A stretch of DNA of 64,000 nucleotides, from NCBI RefSeq assembly GCF_009914755.1, contig NC_060934.1; one strand, 5' to 3'. The stretch comes from the human T2T-CHM13v2.0 reference genome, Homo sapiens. Each line of letters begins with the position of its first letter. Positions within the stretch are counted from its first letter, which is position 1. Positions 33,230 through 54,585 of this stretch are shown in pieces. Under the pieces are notes generated by a model, which searched no databases, was not told the DNA's origin, and saw nothing but the letters and a program-made list of their open reading frames with translations. The translations under genes and the position numbers were made by a program.

Positions 33230-34946
33230 ATGAAATTAACAGAAAATTAAATCAGCAAAATGAAAACTATAGTTCACAGGCCAGAGCTAGGATCAGTCAA
33301 CAGTTACATGGTTACATATTTCTGTTCAACGTAAAGAAGAATTTTCCAACTTTCTGAGCTATATAAAGTATATGTTCATATTTCTGGCACCTTCAGGTAA
33401 CTCATAAAATAAGTACTTAATCTGGAAAATAACCTTAAGTCATATTTTTCAAATTCTGGCTGTCAGTGATATTTTAAGTATTACTCTAGTAACAAAAATT
33501 ATGTAACTGTGAAGTTCATTATTTTCATTTGTTAAATTTACTCTTGGTCAACTTTCCACTTGAATTTAGCCCTCATTACAAGTAAGAACTACTACAGCGT
33601 TCAAATACAAGGCATGTTCTGTTACCTGAACATTAAATAAACCACTTTGAAAAATTATTTTTTTCTCCTCTCCCTTCTCCTCCTAAATAAGCCACCTGAA
33701 AAAATGTTTCCAACTGGTAGAAAGCAGTGGTGCTCATTCTTGTTATTTCTCTAATGTCTTTAAACTTTTCTGTGGATTATCTGTCTAGATAGAAAAATAT
33801 GAGATGATAATAATGTTCATCTTAACTTTTAAAAGCGAAGGTCTTTGATTAACTGATTACCTCTATAAGCAATGCGGATAGCTATTTCCTGGGAGAAAAC
33901 ACTTATGCAAAAAGACAATTGTGTAGTCTTGTAGATACTGTTACTCTACCAGTGAACACCGTAACAACATAACACATATTCACCATATTATTCTCTTTTT
34001 AATGGTTTCCCCAAATTTTAACACAAGGAGGCAATTTTAAATTGCATTAACATGTAATAGCTCAGGTATCACCATTCTATTGACTTGCTGCATTCTTAAC
34101 TATACATAATAAGGTGCTATGTACAAATCAGAGTAATAAAATAAATGCTTACTAGGCAGTATGATAACATCACCAGACCACAGACTATGAGCTAAACCAG
34201 TTCTTTAATGAATATCATTAATAGTATTCAAAGTGTATGTGATTATAACTGGTAAATTAGATACAGGGTTTAAAGTAGACACCATTCTTTAGGTAAGATA
34301 TAGGGCTCTGATGAGTAAGTACAAATTACAAATTCAGTATACTAGTAACATAGAACACCTAATAGGATCCAAAGACTATATAAGAATCTTAAATAGGAGA
34401 TATAGAAAGAAAAGGTTTCCTGTAATCTGCAAATATACTTTGCCTTAATGAATCACTAAAGAAGATGAAAAAGTGTTCCATTAGAGCATAATGAGTCCTT
34501 GGATATTTCTGTGGTTCAAATATTCAAAAGGGTACCTGTGAGAGCCACTGCTTGCAGAATCACTTAGGAGCATAGCCACATAAACTGGCCAGTGTCTCAG
34601 GACATGAAACACCTTGCTCTCAAATTTATCCTCCTTTAGCCCAGCACCTCAGGAAACCAAGTGATTTCACTTTGAAGATATTATCAGATCAAGGTATGAC
34701 AAAGAACAGTGCTGCCACATATGCAGGGTTTGAAATCATGTTTTTGCTAAACCAAAAGGGCAACATAGCCTAAGAAAGAGTCAGAATAGTCTCGAGTTCT
34801 AGGCCTGGACTGACATTAACTAGTTTTTGGGCCTACTTTATCTCTTTTTAAAACTCACATCTGTAACAAAAGTGATAATGTGATTTACAATTGCATAATG
34901 GTTCACTCATATTAACAAAACATTTTCATAAGACTGTCACATTTCA

Positions 34947-35280
<334 letters not shown>

Positions 35281-35663
35281 ATGCTGATATTACAGATGAG
35301 AAAACTGACTGAAGCTCAGAGCAATATGAGGACCTGCAAAGTCATATACTGGAGTCAGAACACCTAAGGCAGGTTTCCTTTTAAATACTGTTTTCTTCCC
35401 ACTTTACATCTCTGCCCATAAAACAAAAGGATTGCATTCATGATTTCCTTTTAGTTCAAATATCGTGTGGGTCACTGGATGTCACATTACTAATGAAATA
35501 TCCCAAATACCAAAGATTTATTAAGTATTGACTTAGTACATTACTGTACTGAGAATGTTAGTTTGTATATGCAAGGTATTATCCTATCCATTTCAAGGGG
35601 CTTACAATTGGGCTATTTACTTGCATATTCATTCAAGAGACTGCAGATTAATTAGAACTGTAC

Positions 35664-36134
35664 TTACAAGAAAAAAAAATTGGGGAGTGTTCCAAGATGG
35701 CTGAATAGGAACAGCTCTAGTCTACAGCTCCCAGTGTGAGCGACGGAGAAGACGGGTGATTTCTGCATTTCCAATTGAGATACCAGGTTCATCTCACTGG
35801 GGCTTGTCAGACAGTGGGTGCAGGACAGTGGGTGCAGCCCACCAAGCGTGAGCCGAAGCAGGGCGAGGCATTGCCTCTCCCAGGAAGTGCAAAGGGTCAG
35901 GGAATTCCCTTTCCTAGCCAAGGGAAGCTGTGAAAGACGGCACCTGGAAAATTGGGTCACTCCCACCCTAACACTGCGCTTTTCCAACCGTCTTAGCAAA
36001 CGGCACACCAGGAGATTATATTCCACACCTGGCTTGGACGGTCCCACGCCCATGGAGCCTCGCTCATCGCTAGCACAGCGGTCTGAGATCGAACTGCAAG
36101 ATGGCAGCGAGGCTGGGGGAGGGGCGCCTGCCAT
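35664..36134 (-). CDS. L1 ORF0 homologue (MAGAPPPASL...), open for 156 codons; expression unknown
   Basis: Lies within track ORF 35664..36269; ATG at 36134 in the strong context GCAATGG; the N-terminus matches the known primate ORF0 peptide. Confidence 0.5.
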   Translation of the reverse strand: MAGAPPPASLPSCSSISDRCASDERGSMGVGPSKPGVEYNLLVCRLLRRLEKRSVRVGVTQFSRCRLSQLPLARKGNSLTLCTSWERQCLALLRLTLGGLHPLSCTHCLTSPSEMNLVSQLEMQKSPVFSVAHTGSCRLELFLFSHLGTLPNFFFL

Positions 36135-36709
36135 TGCTGAGGCTTGAGTAGGTAAACAAAGCGGCCAGGAAGCTCGAACTGGGTTGAGCCCACTGCAGCT
36201 CAAGGAGGCCTGCCTGCCTCTGTAGACTCCACCTCTGGGGACACGGCACAGACAAACAAAAGACAGCAATAACCTCTGCAGACTTAAATGTCCCTGTGTG
36301 ACAGCTTTGAAGAGAGTAGTGGTTCTCCCAGAACGGAGTTTGAGATATGAAAACAGACAGACTGCCTCCTCAAGTGAGTCCCTGACCCCCGAGTAGCCTG
36401 TCTGGGAGGCACCTCCCAGTAGGGGCCAACTGACACCTCACACGGCCACATACCCCTCTGAGACAAAACTTCCAGAGGAACGATCAGGCAGCAACATTTG
36501 CTGTTCTGCAATATCCGCTGTTCTGCAGCCTCTGCTGGTGATACCCAGGCAAACAGGGTCTGGAGTGGACCTCCAGCAAACTCCAGCAGATGTGCAGCTG
36601 AGGGTCCTGACTGTTAAAAGGAAAATTAACAAACAGAAAGGACATCCACACCAAAACCCCATCTGTACGTCACCATCATCAAAGACCAAAGGTAGATAAA
36701 ACCACAAAG

Positions 36710-37726
36710 ATGGGGAGAAACCAGAGCACAAAAGCTGAGAATTCTAAAAATCTGAGCGCCTCTCCTCCTCCAAAGGAACACAGCTCCTTGCCAGCAATGG
36801 AACAAAGCTGGATGGAGAATGACTTTGATGAGTTGAGAGAAGAAGGCTTCAGACGATCAAACTTCTCCAAGCTAAAGGAGGATGTTCGAACCCATCGCAA
36901 AGAAGCTAAAAACCTTGAAAAAAGATTAGACGAATGGCTAACTAGAATAACCAGTGTAGAGAAGACCTTCAATGACCTGATGGAGCTGAAAACCATGGCA
37001 AGAGAACTACGTGATGCATGCACAAGTTTCAGTAGCCGATTGGATCAACCAGAAGAAAGGGTATCAGTGATGGAAGATCAAATGAACGAAATGAAGTGAG
37101 AAGATAAGTTTAGAGAAAAAAGAGTAAAAAGAAATGAACAAAGCCTCCAAGAAATATGGGACTATGTGAAAAGACCAAATTTACGTCTGATTGGTGTACC
37201 TGAAAGTGACGGGGACAATGGAACCAAGTTGGAAAACACTCTTCAGGATTTTATCCAGGAGAACTTCCCCAACCTAGCAAGGCAGGCCAACATTCAAATT
37301 CAGGAAATACAGAGAACACCACAAAGATACTCCTTGAGAAGAGCAACTCCAAGACACATAATTGTCAGATTCACCAAAGTTGAAATGAAGGAAAAAATGT
37401 TAAGGGCAACCAGAGAGAAAGGTTGGGTTACCCACAAAGGGAAGCCCATCAGACTAACAGCTGATCTCTTGGCAGAAACTCTACAAGCCAGAAGACAGTG
37501 GGGGCCAATATTCAACATTCTTAAAGAAAAGAATTTTCAACCCAGAATTTCATAGCCAGCCAAACTAAGCTTCATAAGTGAAGGAGAAATAAAATCCTTT
37601 ACAGACAAGCAAATGCTGAGAGATTTTGTCACCACCAGGCCTGCCCTAAATGAGCTCCTGAAGGAAGCACGAAATATGGAAAGGAACAACTGGTACCAGC
37701 CACTGCAAAAACATGCCAAACTGTAA
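36710..37726 (+). pseudogene. L1 ORF1 remnant
   Basis: ORF1p-like translation broken by stops (e.g. TGA at 37097-37099, TAG at 37553-37555). Confidence 0.9.
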
Positions 37727-37789
37727 AGACCATTGATGCTAGGAAGAAACTGCATCAACTAACGAGCAAAATAACCAACTAACATCATA

Positions 37790-41658
<3,869 letters not shown>

Positions 41659-43499
41659 AGACACATGCACACGTATGTTTATTGTGGCACTATTCACAAT
41701 AGTAAAGACTTGAAACCAACCCAAATGTCCATCAATGATAGACTGGATCAAGAAAATGTGGCACATATACACAATGGAATACTATGTAGTCATAAAAAAG
41801 GATGAGTTCATGTCCTTTGTAGGGACATGGATAAAGCTGGAAACCATCATTCCGAGCAAACTATCGCAAGGACAGAAAACCAAACACTGCATGTTCTCAC
41901 ACATAGGTGGGAACTGAACAATGAGAACACTTGGACACAGGAAGGGGAACATCACACACCGGGGCCTGTCATGGGGTGGGGGGCAGGGGGAAGGGATAGC
42001 ATTAGGAGATATACCTAATATAAATGACAAGTTAATGGGTGCAGCACACCAACATGGCACATGGACACATATGTAACAAACCTGCATGTTGTGCACATGT
42101 ACCCTAGAACTTAAAATATAATAATAAAAGAAAAAAGAAAAAAAATCAGCTTCTTGCTTTAAAAAAGTCTTATTTATAAATCAATAGTGGCCAAAGCAAG
42201 GAAACAGCAATCCAAACAGCTTTGTGCACTGGCAGTTTGAGGGTCTGGCCTCACCTCTCAAGAAAGAGGCCAATTCTATCCTCTTAAGCTGCATTACTGC
42301 CAATTTCCCATTGTGTGGAGGCAGTCAGGATGCAAAGCCTTTGTACTTCAATTTCCCCAGTGTGCATCAGATGTATCTGCCAGTGATATTGCCACTCTAC
42401 TAATTTGCAAGGATTGAAAGAATCCAGCAGGCTTGGTAGATATCTCGTTCCTCTCTCTCAACTATTGCCTTTGCTCCTCTTCAAGGTGTGTCCTCTGTGG
42501 AAGAAGAAAACTGAAGGAGGATATTCTCTGGTCCAAGGCCTGCAAGTAGTTGTTACTCCTTTACCAGAACATTTGAATTAGCTTTCCATGTCCTTTGACA
42601 GGGGAGAGTAGGCAGTCGAAAATATAACAAAATTCTAGAGATGGCTCTAGAATTCCTTTGAAAAATAAAACTGTCTTTGTTGAAGGGATAGTCTGGCAAG
42701 TGTTCCAAGTGGAAGTTGAATGCTCTCCCTGCCCTCCTGGGCCTACATGGCAACTGCCACCTGGACATCAGAGGAAAAGGCAAAGTACTCTGTTGAACAC
42801 AGGAAAGAACCCAGGTTGAGGGTTAATCTGGAAGAGAGAAAGTGACAGGAAATGGAAGGCAGAGAAGATGAAAAAAGATGGAAAAGGAGGAGGGGAAGGG
42901 AGAAAAGCAACTGGAAATTGTACGACTAAGAAGGGCACTGGACCACAGTGATATCTATAACTAGTATGTAATGTATGGATTTTAAATTGTTTGTTATAGA
43001 GCGTTCCTCCATTTCCCCTATAAGATCACTAGGAATGTTGATCACTGTATATACTTCAGGCTCCATTTAACGTAGATCCACTCCTGCTCATTAATGCTTT
43101 TGGACGAGTAGATTCTTTTTGAGAAATTCACTGTCGTATAGTACAAAGGGGACACACTAGGATACAGGCGCGTGAGGCAAGAAGAGTGCACACCTTGGGA
43201 ATTAACACACATAATGGGAAGATTTTTAGATGTTCACGGACTATAGAGTTGTTGTTGGTCTTAGCCCATTGGTTCTAGATCTCCAAGAGGCAGAGAGGTC
43301 CATCTGACACCTGAGTTACAATATGATAAAGATAAGGGAAAAGAGTAATTCCAGATCATACATTAAGAAGAATTAAGAATTTACTATGTAAATTCAGGTA
43401 TTTAATCTAACATTTGGGTGCCTTCAGATTTCCCACCCATAACAATCTCTTGAAAATTCATTTCAGATCTAATGTTGAGGTTTTGATTTTAAAATGGGA

Positions 43500-43500
<1 letters not shown>

Positions 43501-43565
<65 letters not shown>
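43501..43565 (+). repeat. Compound (TA)n(GA)n microsatellite at an Alu tail
   Basis: About 11 TA units followed by about 21 GA units. Confidence 0.95.
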
Positions 43566-43571
<6 letters not shown>

Positions 43572-43834
43572 TCTCACTCTGTCACCCAGGCTGGAGTACA
43601 GTGGCTCACTGTGATCTTGGCTCACTGCAGCCTCTGCCTCCTGGGTTCAAGTGATTCTAATGCCTCAGCCTCCCGCGTAGCAGGCGTGCGCCACCACACC
43701 GGCTAATTTTGGTATTTTTAGTAGAGACAGAGTTTCACCATTTGGCCAGCCTGGTCTCGAACTCCTGATCTCAGGAGATCCACCTCGGCCTCCCAAAGCA
43801 CTGGGATTATAGGCATGAGCCACTGTGCCTGGAC
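43564..43834 (-). mobile_element. AluS
   Basis: Antisense dimer; TSD taaaa(t/c)gggaat also encloses the microsatellite. Confidence 0.9.
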
Positions 43835-44088
43835 TAAAACGGGAATTTCTATCGATCCAATTACCATCTATCCCTACCTGATATTGCTGTTAATGTTATT
43901 TTCTGGGTACTAATGAAAATTATAATCTTGTTTGTTGTATAGCTACTCATTGAGCTGTTTTACATATTTATATTTTACAATAAAGGAGGGAGTATGTAAT
44001 AAATAATATTAACAACCTTATGCCAATTTATTTCAAGATTTAGTTTAATGGGATATATTCCTAGAAAAATCTAATGTTCTAAAATTTA

Positions 44089-44505
<417 letters not shown>

Positions 44506-46730
44506 TTATTTGGGGAGGTGATATCAGCAAGATGGCTGACTAGAGACCCGTAGTGCTCATCCCTTCCACAAAGACAGCCAAAAACAATGAATAAACCACT
44601 ACATTTTAACAGAAATAACCAAAGGAGAGTGCTGGAGCATGTCAAAGAAGTAACAGCAACCCTGGTGAGTGCAGAAACTCAGGATAGCCACATCATGAAA
44701 AGAAGGAAATGCCAGGCCTCTGCCACTCCATCCCCCAGCCAGGATCAGCTGGGAACCAGGTGGCCACTTCTGTCTTTGATGAAAAGGTAGGCAAGAGGAT
44801 CCCAGCAGCCCCCACCAACACCTTAGACACCTACAGGCCTCACCACTGGGGTCACCTGCAGTCCTCACAGGCACTAAGCCCAGCTGAGGGAGCTGCCAAG
44901 AAGCTGCACAGCTTTGCTCCCCCAGAGGAGTAGCCAATACTGTGTTCCTCCCGCTGTGGCCTGCATGGCCACCATGCCACACCATCTTGTAACTGGAACT
45001 AATGCTGGAGTAGTCTTGCTCTGGGGGCTAGTAGTCATGGTATCCCTTCATCCCTGAGGCTACCCCACCATCAGAGCACCTCTGCTCAGTGGTCTGACAT
45101 CCACAAGTGGCTCAGCTGTGAGCACCTTTCCCTGTGGAACCAAGCAGTGGTGGAACTTCCATCCTCCACCTCCCATTGCCTTGGGCTGGAGCTTAAGCAC
45201 CATTTCTCCCTCCAGAGGAAAGGGTGCTTTGACAGAACAGCTCCATTTACCTCTGTCAGCTGCGGCTGTGCTCTGCCCCTACAAGCCTGAGCTGGAACTG
45301 TGCACTGCCTCCGCTGGAAAGAGGGCTTTGCTGGAGCCCTGCATCCATGGTCCCTGGGCTGCCTGGGCAGTCACACCCCTTTAGGCCAGAGCTATAGCAG
45401 CACATTGCCCCCTGGGGAACTCATGCCTTGGCTGAGCTGAGAAGCTGTGCATCCCAGGGCTAAGCTTATGTACTACCCTTTGTCTCAGGGAAACAAAGCA
45501 GTGGCTAAGCTCAGACACCCTACCCTACAGGCCAAACAACTCCAGTACCCTGCTTCTCTGGAGCTGGACCAGCACCCTATGGTCTGGGCTGTTAAGACAC
45601 CTCCCTGTTTGTGGAGTAGTGTTATCACTCTGCCATTTTCTGCCCCTCATGGCCCAAACGACAGCCATGTTCGGCCATTCTGGGCTACTTGCTGCCACTG
45701 CACTTGGACTCACAGAGACTGAGATACTGCTGAGCCCTACCATCCCAGATTGTAGAGTTACCACTACATGGTGCCTCACATCCAGCGTCCTGAGTTGTCA
45801 CTGAGCCCTACTGGTTCAAGCTCCTGAATCAAAGCCATATCCTGGCCTAGGCTCAAACCTCCAGAGCACACCTTCTTCCCTGGAGTCAGGCCAGAGCTGT
45901 GAACTGCTCCCCAGGGGTAGCATCACAGCTACAACCTGACCTCCTGGACATGAGCTGCTAGAAGGTGCCTCAGAGTCACAGATCCCAGCACTAAGAGCAA
46001 CCTACATCCAACCCTGCCACAGAGAGCAAGCTTGCACCCCAAGACCCTGGTGCCAGAATAAGGTTCATAAGACCCTGAGCTTAGGACTCCAGCCCCACAG
46101 CTGCTCTGAGCACCCGCACCTGGAATTTAGCCACTGTGGCAGCTGCTTGTAGGCCATGCCAGATCTGACAGCAAGAGGGATCCCCTTGGCTAGGTTTCCC
46201 CACCGTGGGGAAGTTGAGAAAAGGACTCCAAAAGCCCCTACAACCAAAGAATTAACAACCTATGCTGCTGCTGCCACAACCACGAATGTCTACAACCTAG
46301 GCCACTGAGGCAGTCACATTTATTACTAATGTTGAATATAGATGAAAAAGCTGCACAGAGACTATACCACTGCACCTACCTGGAAAGAGTTACCATCCAC
46401 TTCCCAACTGGCACTGTAAGACCCAACTGCAGGTGAAAGTCTTTCTCTATGTATGAAAGCCACTCTAGAAAGTTTGGAAGAGGCTATTGTTTCACAGACA
46501 TCAATACAGGGACACAAGAAATATGAAAATCAAGGAAATATGACATCACAAGAGGAACACGACTCTTCAATAACAAACCCTAATGACAAGGAAATCCACA
46601 AGTTGCCAGTATAGAAATTAATGAACTTAAGGAAACTCACCAAGATATAAGAATGTACAGATAGATAATTCAACAAAACTAGGAAAAAAAATCATGATAT
46701 AAATTAGAAATTCAACGGAGATAAATATCA

Positions 46731-47102
<372 letters not shown>

Positions 47103-49497
47103 AACAGCTTAAGTAGCAGACTTGATCTAACAGAAGAAAAAAAAATCTCTGAGTTTGAACACAGGTCATTGGAAATTACCCAGTTAGAGAAAGAAAGAAA
47201 AAAAGCAAAAAATCAAAAAAGTAAAAAAAAAAAGCTTACAAGACTTATGAGACACCATTAAGTGAACAAGTGTTCATATTATGGAAGTTCCAGAAGGAGA
47301 AGACATGGAAAAAGGCATAAAAAACCTATTTAATCAAAGAATAGTTGAAAACTTCCCAAATCTGGGGCATCCAGAGACCCCCAAATAGATTCAACTCAAA
47401 AAGATCCTCCCAGAGGCACATTATGATCAAATTTTCAAAGGCAAAGACGAAGAGAAAATTCTAAAAATGGCAAGAGAAAAATGTCAAGTTACATTTAAGA
47501 GGATTCCCATTAGATTTCTCCAGAGAAACCTTGCAAGCTACAAAAGAATGAAACAATGTATTCAATAAATTGCCAAAAAAAAAAAAGCCACCAAAGAATA
47601 CTGTACCCAGCAAAACTATCTTTCAGAAATGAGAAAGAAAATCTTTCCCAGACAAGCAAAAACTAAGAGAATTCATCACCACTACATTGGCCTTACAAGA
47701 AATGCTCAAGGAAGTCCTGCATCTGGCAGCAAAAAGATGATAATCACCATCATGAAAACACTCAAAAGTATAAAATTCACTGTTATAGCAAATACACAAA
47801 GCAGAAAAAGGATCAAATCTTAATATTACAGAAAACCACCAAACCACAATGACATGAGAGGAAGAAAGGAAAAAAAGATACCTAAAACAACAAGAAAACA
47901 ATGAACAAAATGACAGGAGTAAGTCCTCATTTATCAATAATAACCTTGAATATGAACAGATTAAATTCTTCACTTAAAAGATATAGACTGGCAAAATAAA
48001 ATTTTTAAAAATATGAGTCAACTATACTATATGCTACGTATAAGAAATTCACTTCACTTATAAAGACACATACAGACTGAAAGTAGAGGAAGAAAAAAGA
48101 TACTCCATGCAAAAGGAAAACAAAAGTGAGAAGACATAGCTATATTTATATCATATAAAACAGACTTTAAGTGAAAAGCTGCAAAAAGAGACAAAAAAGG
48201 TCATTATATGATGATAAAAGGATCAATTCAGCAAGATGTGAATATATATGCACAGTTGTGAATATATATGCACCCAACATTGGAGAAACCAGATACATAA
48301 AAGCAAATATTATTAGATCTAAAGGGAGAGATAGACTCCAATACAACAACAGTTGGGAACTTTGACACCCCACACTCAGCAGTGGACAGATCATTCAGAC
48401 AGGAAATCAACAACAAGAAAACACTGAATTTGAATTGCATCTTAGACCAAATGGAACTAACAGACATTTACAGAACACTTCATCCAACAGCTACAGAATA
48501 CACATTCTTCTCATCAGCTCATGGAACATTCTCCAGGACAGACCACATGTTACGCCACAAAACAAGTCTCAACAAATTTTTAAAAAGTAGAAATCATATC
48601 AAGTATCCTCTCTGACCACAGTGAAACAAAACTAGAAATCAATACCAAGGGAACTTTCAAAACCATACAAATATATGAAAATTAAATGTGCTCCTGAACG
48701 ACCAATTGGTCAATAAAAAAATTTAAAAGAAAATTAAAAACATTCTTGAAACAAACGAAATTAAAAACACAACAAATCAAAATCTACTGAATACAGAAAA
48801 AGCAATATTAGAGGCAAGATTATAGCCATAAACAAGGAGAAAGATTTCAAATAAATAACCTAATGATGCATTTCAAGGACTAGAAAAGCAAGAAACCAAA
48901 CCCAAAGTTAGCAGAAAGAAAGGAATAATAGAGTTCAGAGTAGAAATAAAATTGAAACTGAAAAAACCATACCAAAGATCAATGAAACAAAAAGTTGATT
49001 TTTTGAAAAGATCAACAAAATTGATAAACCGTTAGCTTAGCGTAACCAAAAGAAATGAAAAACATGGATAGTTCACCCATCATTAAAGAAATGAAATCTG
49101 TGGTCAAAAAAAAATCTTCTTTGGAGAGAATATCAGCCACACTTTTATTATTCAAGCACTTTCAGAGCACAACCGCTGATGTGAATGAAATGAATAAATC
49201 CCTAGAAATTACTAAAATTTAATCAAGAAGAAATAGAAAATCTGAATAGACCCGTAATAACTTAAAAACAAATGAATTAGTAACTAAAAGTCTTCCCATA
49301 AAGAAAAGCCAAGGCCTAGCTGGCTTCACTGGTGAATTCTATCAGATACTCAAAGAAGATATAATAACAATTGTTCACAAACTTTCAGAAATTAGGGGAG
49401 GAAGGAACACTTTCTATTTATTCTATGAGGCTAGCATTACCCTGATATCAAAGCCAGACAAAGACATCACAAGGAAACTATAGACCATTCGCTCTCA

Positions 49498-49923
<426 letters not shown>

Positions 49924-50046
49924 TCAATTTATATACTATGCCATATTAATAAAACACAGGATAAAAATCATGTGATCATCTCAATAGATGAAGCAAAATC
50001 ATGTGACAAAATCCAATGTCTATTCATGATAAAAATGCTCAAGCTA

Positions 50047-50406
<360 letters not shown>

Positions 50407-50955
50407 CTACAGCTAAAATAATACTTAATGGTGAAAGACTGAATGTCTTCCCTCCATGATCAGGAACAAGGCAAGTATGCCTGCACTCACCACTTCTGTA
50501 TAATATTGTACTAGATGTTTTAGCCAGTGCAACAAGATATTAAGTAAATAAATGGACTGAAGGCATCCAGATTGGAAAGGAAGAATAAAAACTTTTTATC
50601 CACAGAACTATTAAACTATCAATGTTAGTTAAGTCCACAGGCTCCAAAACCCAGTATATAAAAATCCACTGTATTCCTACATACCAGCAATGGACAATTT
50701 GAAAGTGTAATTAAGAAAACAATTCTGGCTGGGCGCAGTGGCTCACATCTGTAATCCCAACACTTTGAGAGGTCAAGGCAGGAGGATCTCTTGACCTCAG
50801 GAATTCAAGACCAGCCTGGGGGGAACATAGTGAGGCCCTGTCTTTACAAATAAAAAATTAAAACATTAGCTGGGCAGTGGTGGTCCATCCCTGTAGTCCC
50901 AGCTACTGGGAAGGCTGAAGTGGGCAGATTGCTTGAGCCTAGGAGGTCGAGGCTA

Positions 50956-51183
<228 letters not shown>

Positions 51184-51909
51184 CTAGTTGGGTGTGGTAG
51201 TATGCACTTGTATTCCCAGCTATTTGAGAGGCTGAGGTGGAAGGATTCCTTCAGCCAAGGAGTTCAAAGTTTCAGTTATCTATGATCATGCCATTGCACT
51301 CCTGGGCAACAGAGTAAGTTCCTATCTTCAAAAAAAAAAAAAAAAAAAGAGAGAGAGAGAGAGAAAAGAAAATGGTTCTTCTCTATAAGCTGAAAAAAAT
51401 AATACATTTAATAAAAGAAGAACCAGATTTGCATATTGAAAACACTGTAGACAGAACTTGTAAAAGCTCTAAATGAATGAAAGACATTTCATGTTCATGA
51501 ATTTGAACATTCAAAATTGTTAAGATGGCAGTTCTCTCCAAATTGATCTATAGAGTCAATGCAAATGAACATCCATGAGCAAAAAAAATGAACTTGACCC
51601 TTAAATCTCACATTAAACACAAAAAATCAACTCAAAATGGATCTTAGACTTAAATGTAATATCTAAAACTATAAAACTTCTAAGAAAATGTAGGAGAAAT
51701 TCTTTGCTATCCTGGGTTAGGAAAAGTTCTTAGGTATAACACTAAAAAGCATAATCTATAAAAGAAAAAAATTGATGAACTGGACTTTACTAAAAGTAAA
51801 CTTTTGTACTTCATATGACACCATTAAAAAAAACAAAAAGACAAACCACACAGTGGGAGAACATATTTGCAAATCATATATTTGATGAAAGACTTGAGTC
51901 CATAATATA

Positions 51910-52145
51910 CAGGTTGAGTATTCCTTCTCCAAAATGCTTGTGACCAAAAGTGTTTCAGATTTCAGATTTATTTGCATTTTGTAATATCTGTATTCCATTT
52001 ACCAGCTGAGCATTCTGAATCTGAAAATCTGAAATCTGAAATGTTCCAATAAGTATTTCCTTTGAGTGTCATCTTGGTGGTCAAAAAGTTTTGGAATTTT
52101 GAGCATTTCAAATTTCAGGTTTTCAGATTTGGGATGTCTAACCTA
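51910..52145. mobile_element. Tigger4a/MER46A-like DNA transposon
   Basis: 'tacaggttgagtattccttctccaaaatgcttgtgaccaaaagtgtttcagattt' and the matching opposite TIR. Confidence 0.8.
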
Positions 52146-52452
52146 TATATAAAGAACTCTTATGACAGGAAAAACAACCAAATTAAAATATGGGCAAAAA
52201 TTATGAATAGATATTTCACTAAATAAGACGTAGGAATGGCTAATAAGTACTATACAGATTAATGTTCATGGCAGTATTATTCTAACAGCACCAAAGTGGA
52301 AATAAGACAAATGACCAATTAGTATAGAATAAATAAAATGCAGTATTTATGCACACAAATATTGAGCAATATGAAGAAATGAACTGCTGATACATGCTAC
52401 AACACGGATGAACTTCAAATACCTTTCGCCAAGTGAAAGCAGCCATATGTGA

Positions 52453-52614
52453 AAGACTAAATACTGTTAAGATTCCATTTAAATGTAATTTCCTGAAAAG
52501 AAAATAGATCAGTGTAGCCTGAGAGAACAGGAGAAGACTAAATACTGTTAAGATTCCATTTAAATGTAATATCCTGAAAAGAAAATAGATCAGTGTAGCC
52601 TGAGAGAACAGGAG
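52453..52614 (+). repeat. 81-bp tandem duplication
   Basis: Units 52453-52533 and 52534-52614 differ at one base. Confidence 0.95.
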
Positions 52615-52715
52615 TGGGAAATGATTGCTAATGGGATTGAGGGAACACTTCGGGTGATGAAAATGTCTAAAACTGGATTGTGGCGATTTCACAACTCTAC
52701 AAATTTACTAAAATA

Positions 52716-54545
<1,830 letters not shown>

Positions 54546-54585
54546 CAATAATTTTTTTAAACAAAAAAATTTTAAAACAAATGAG

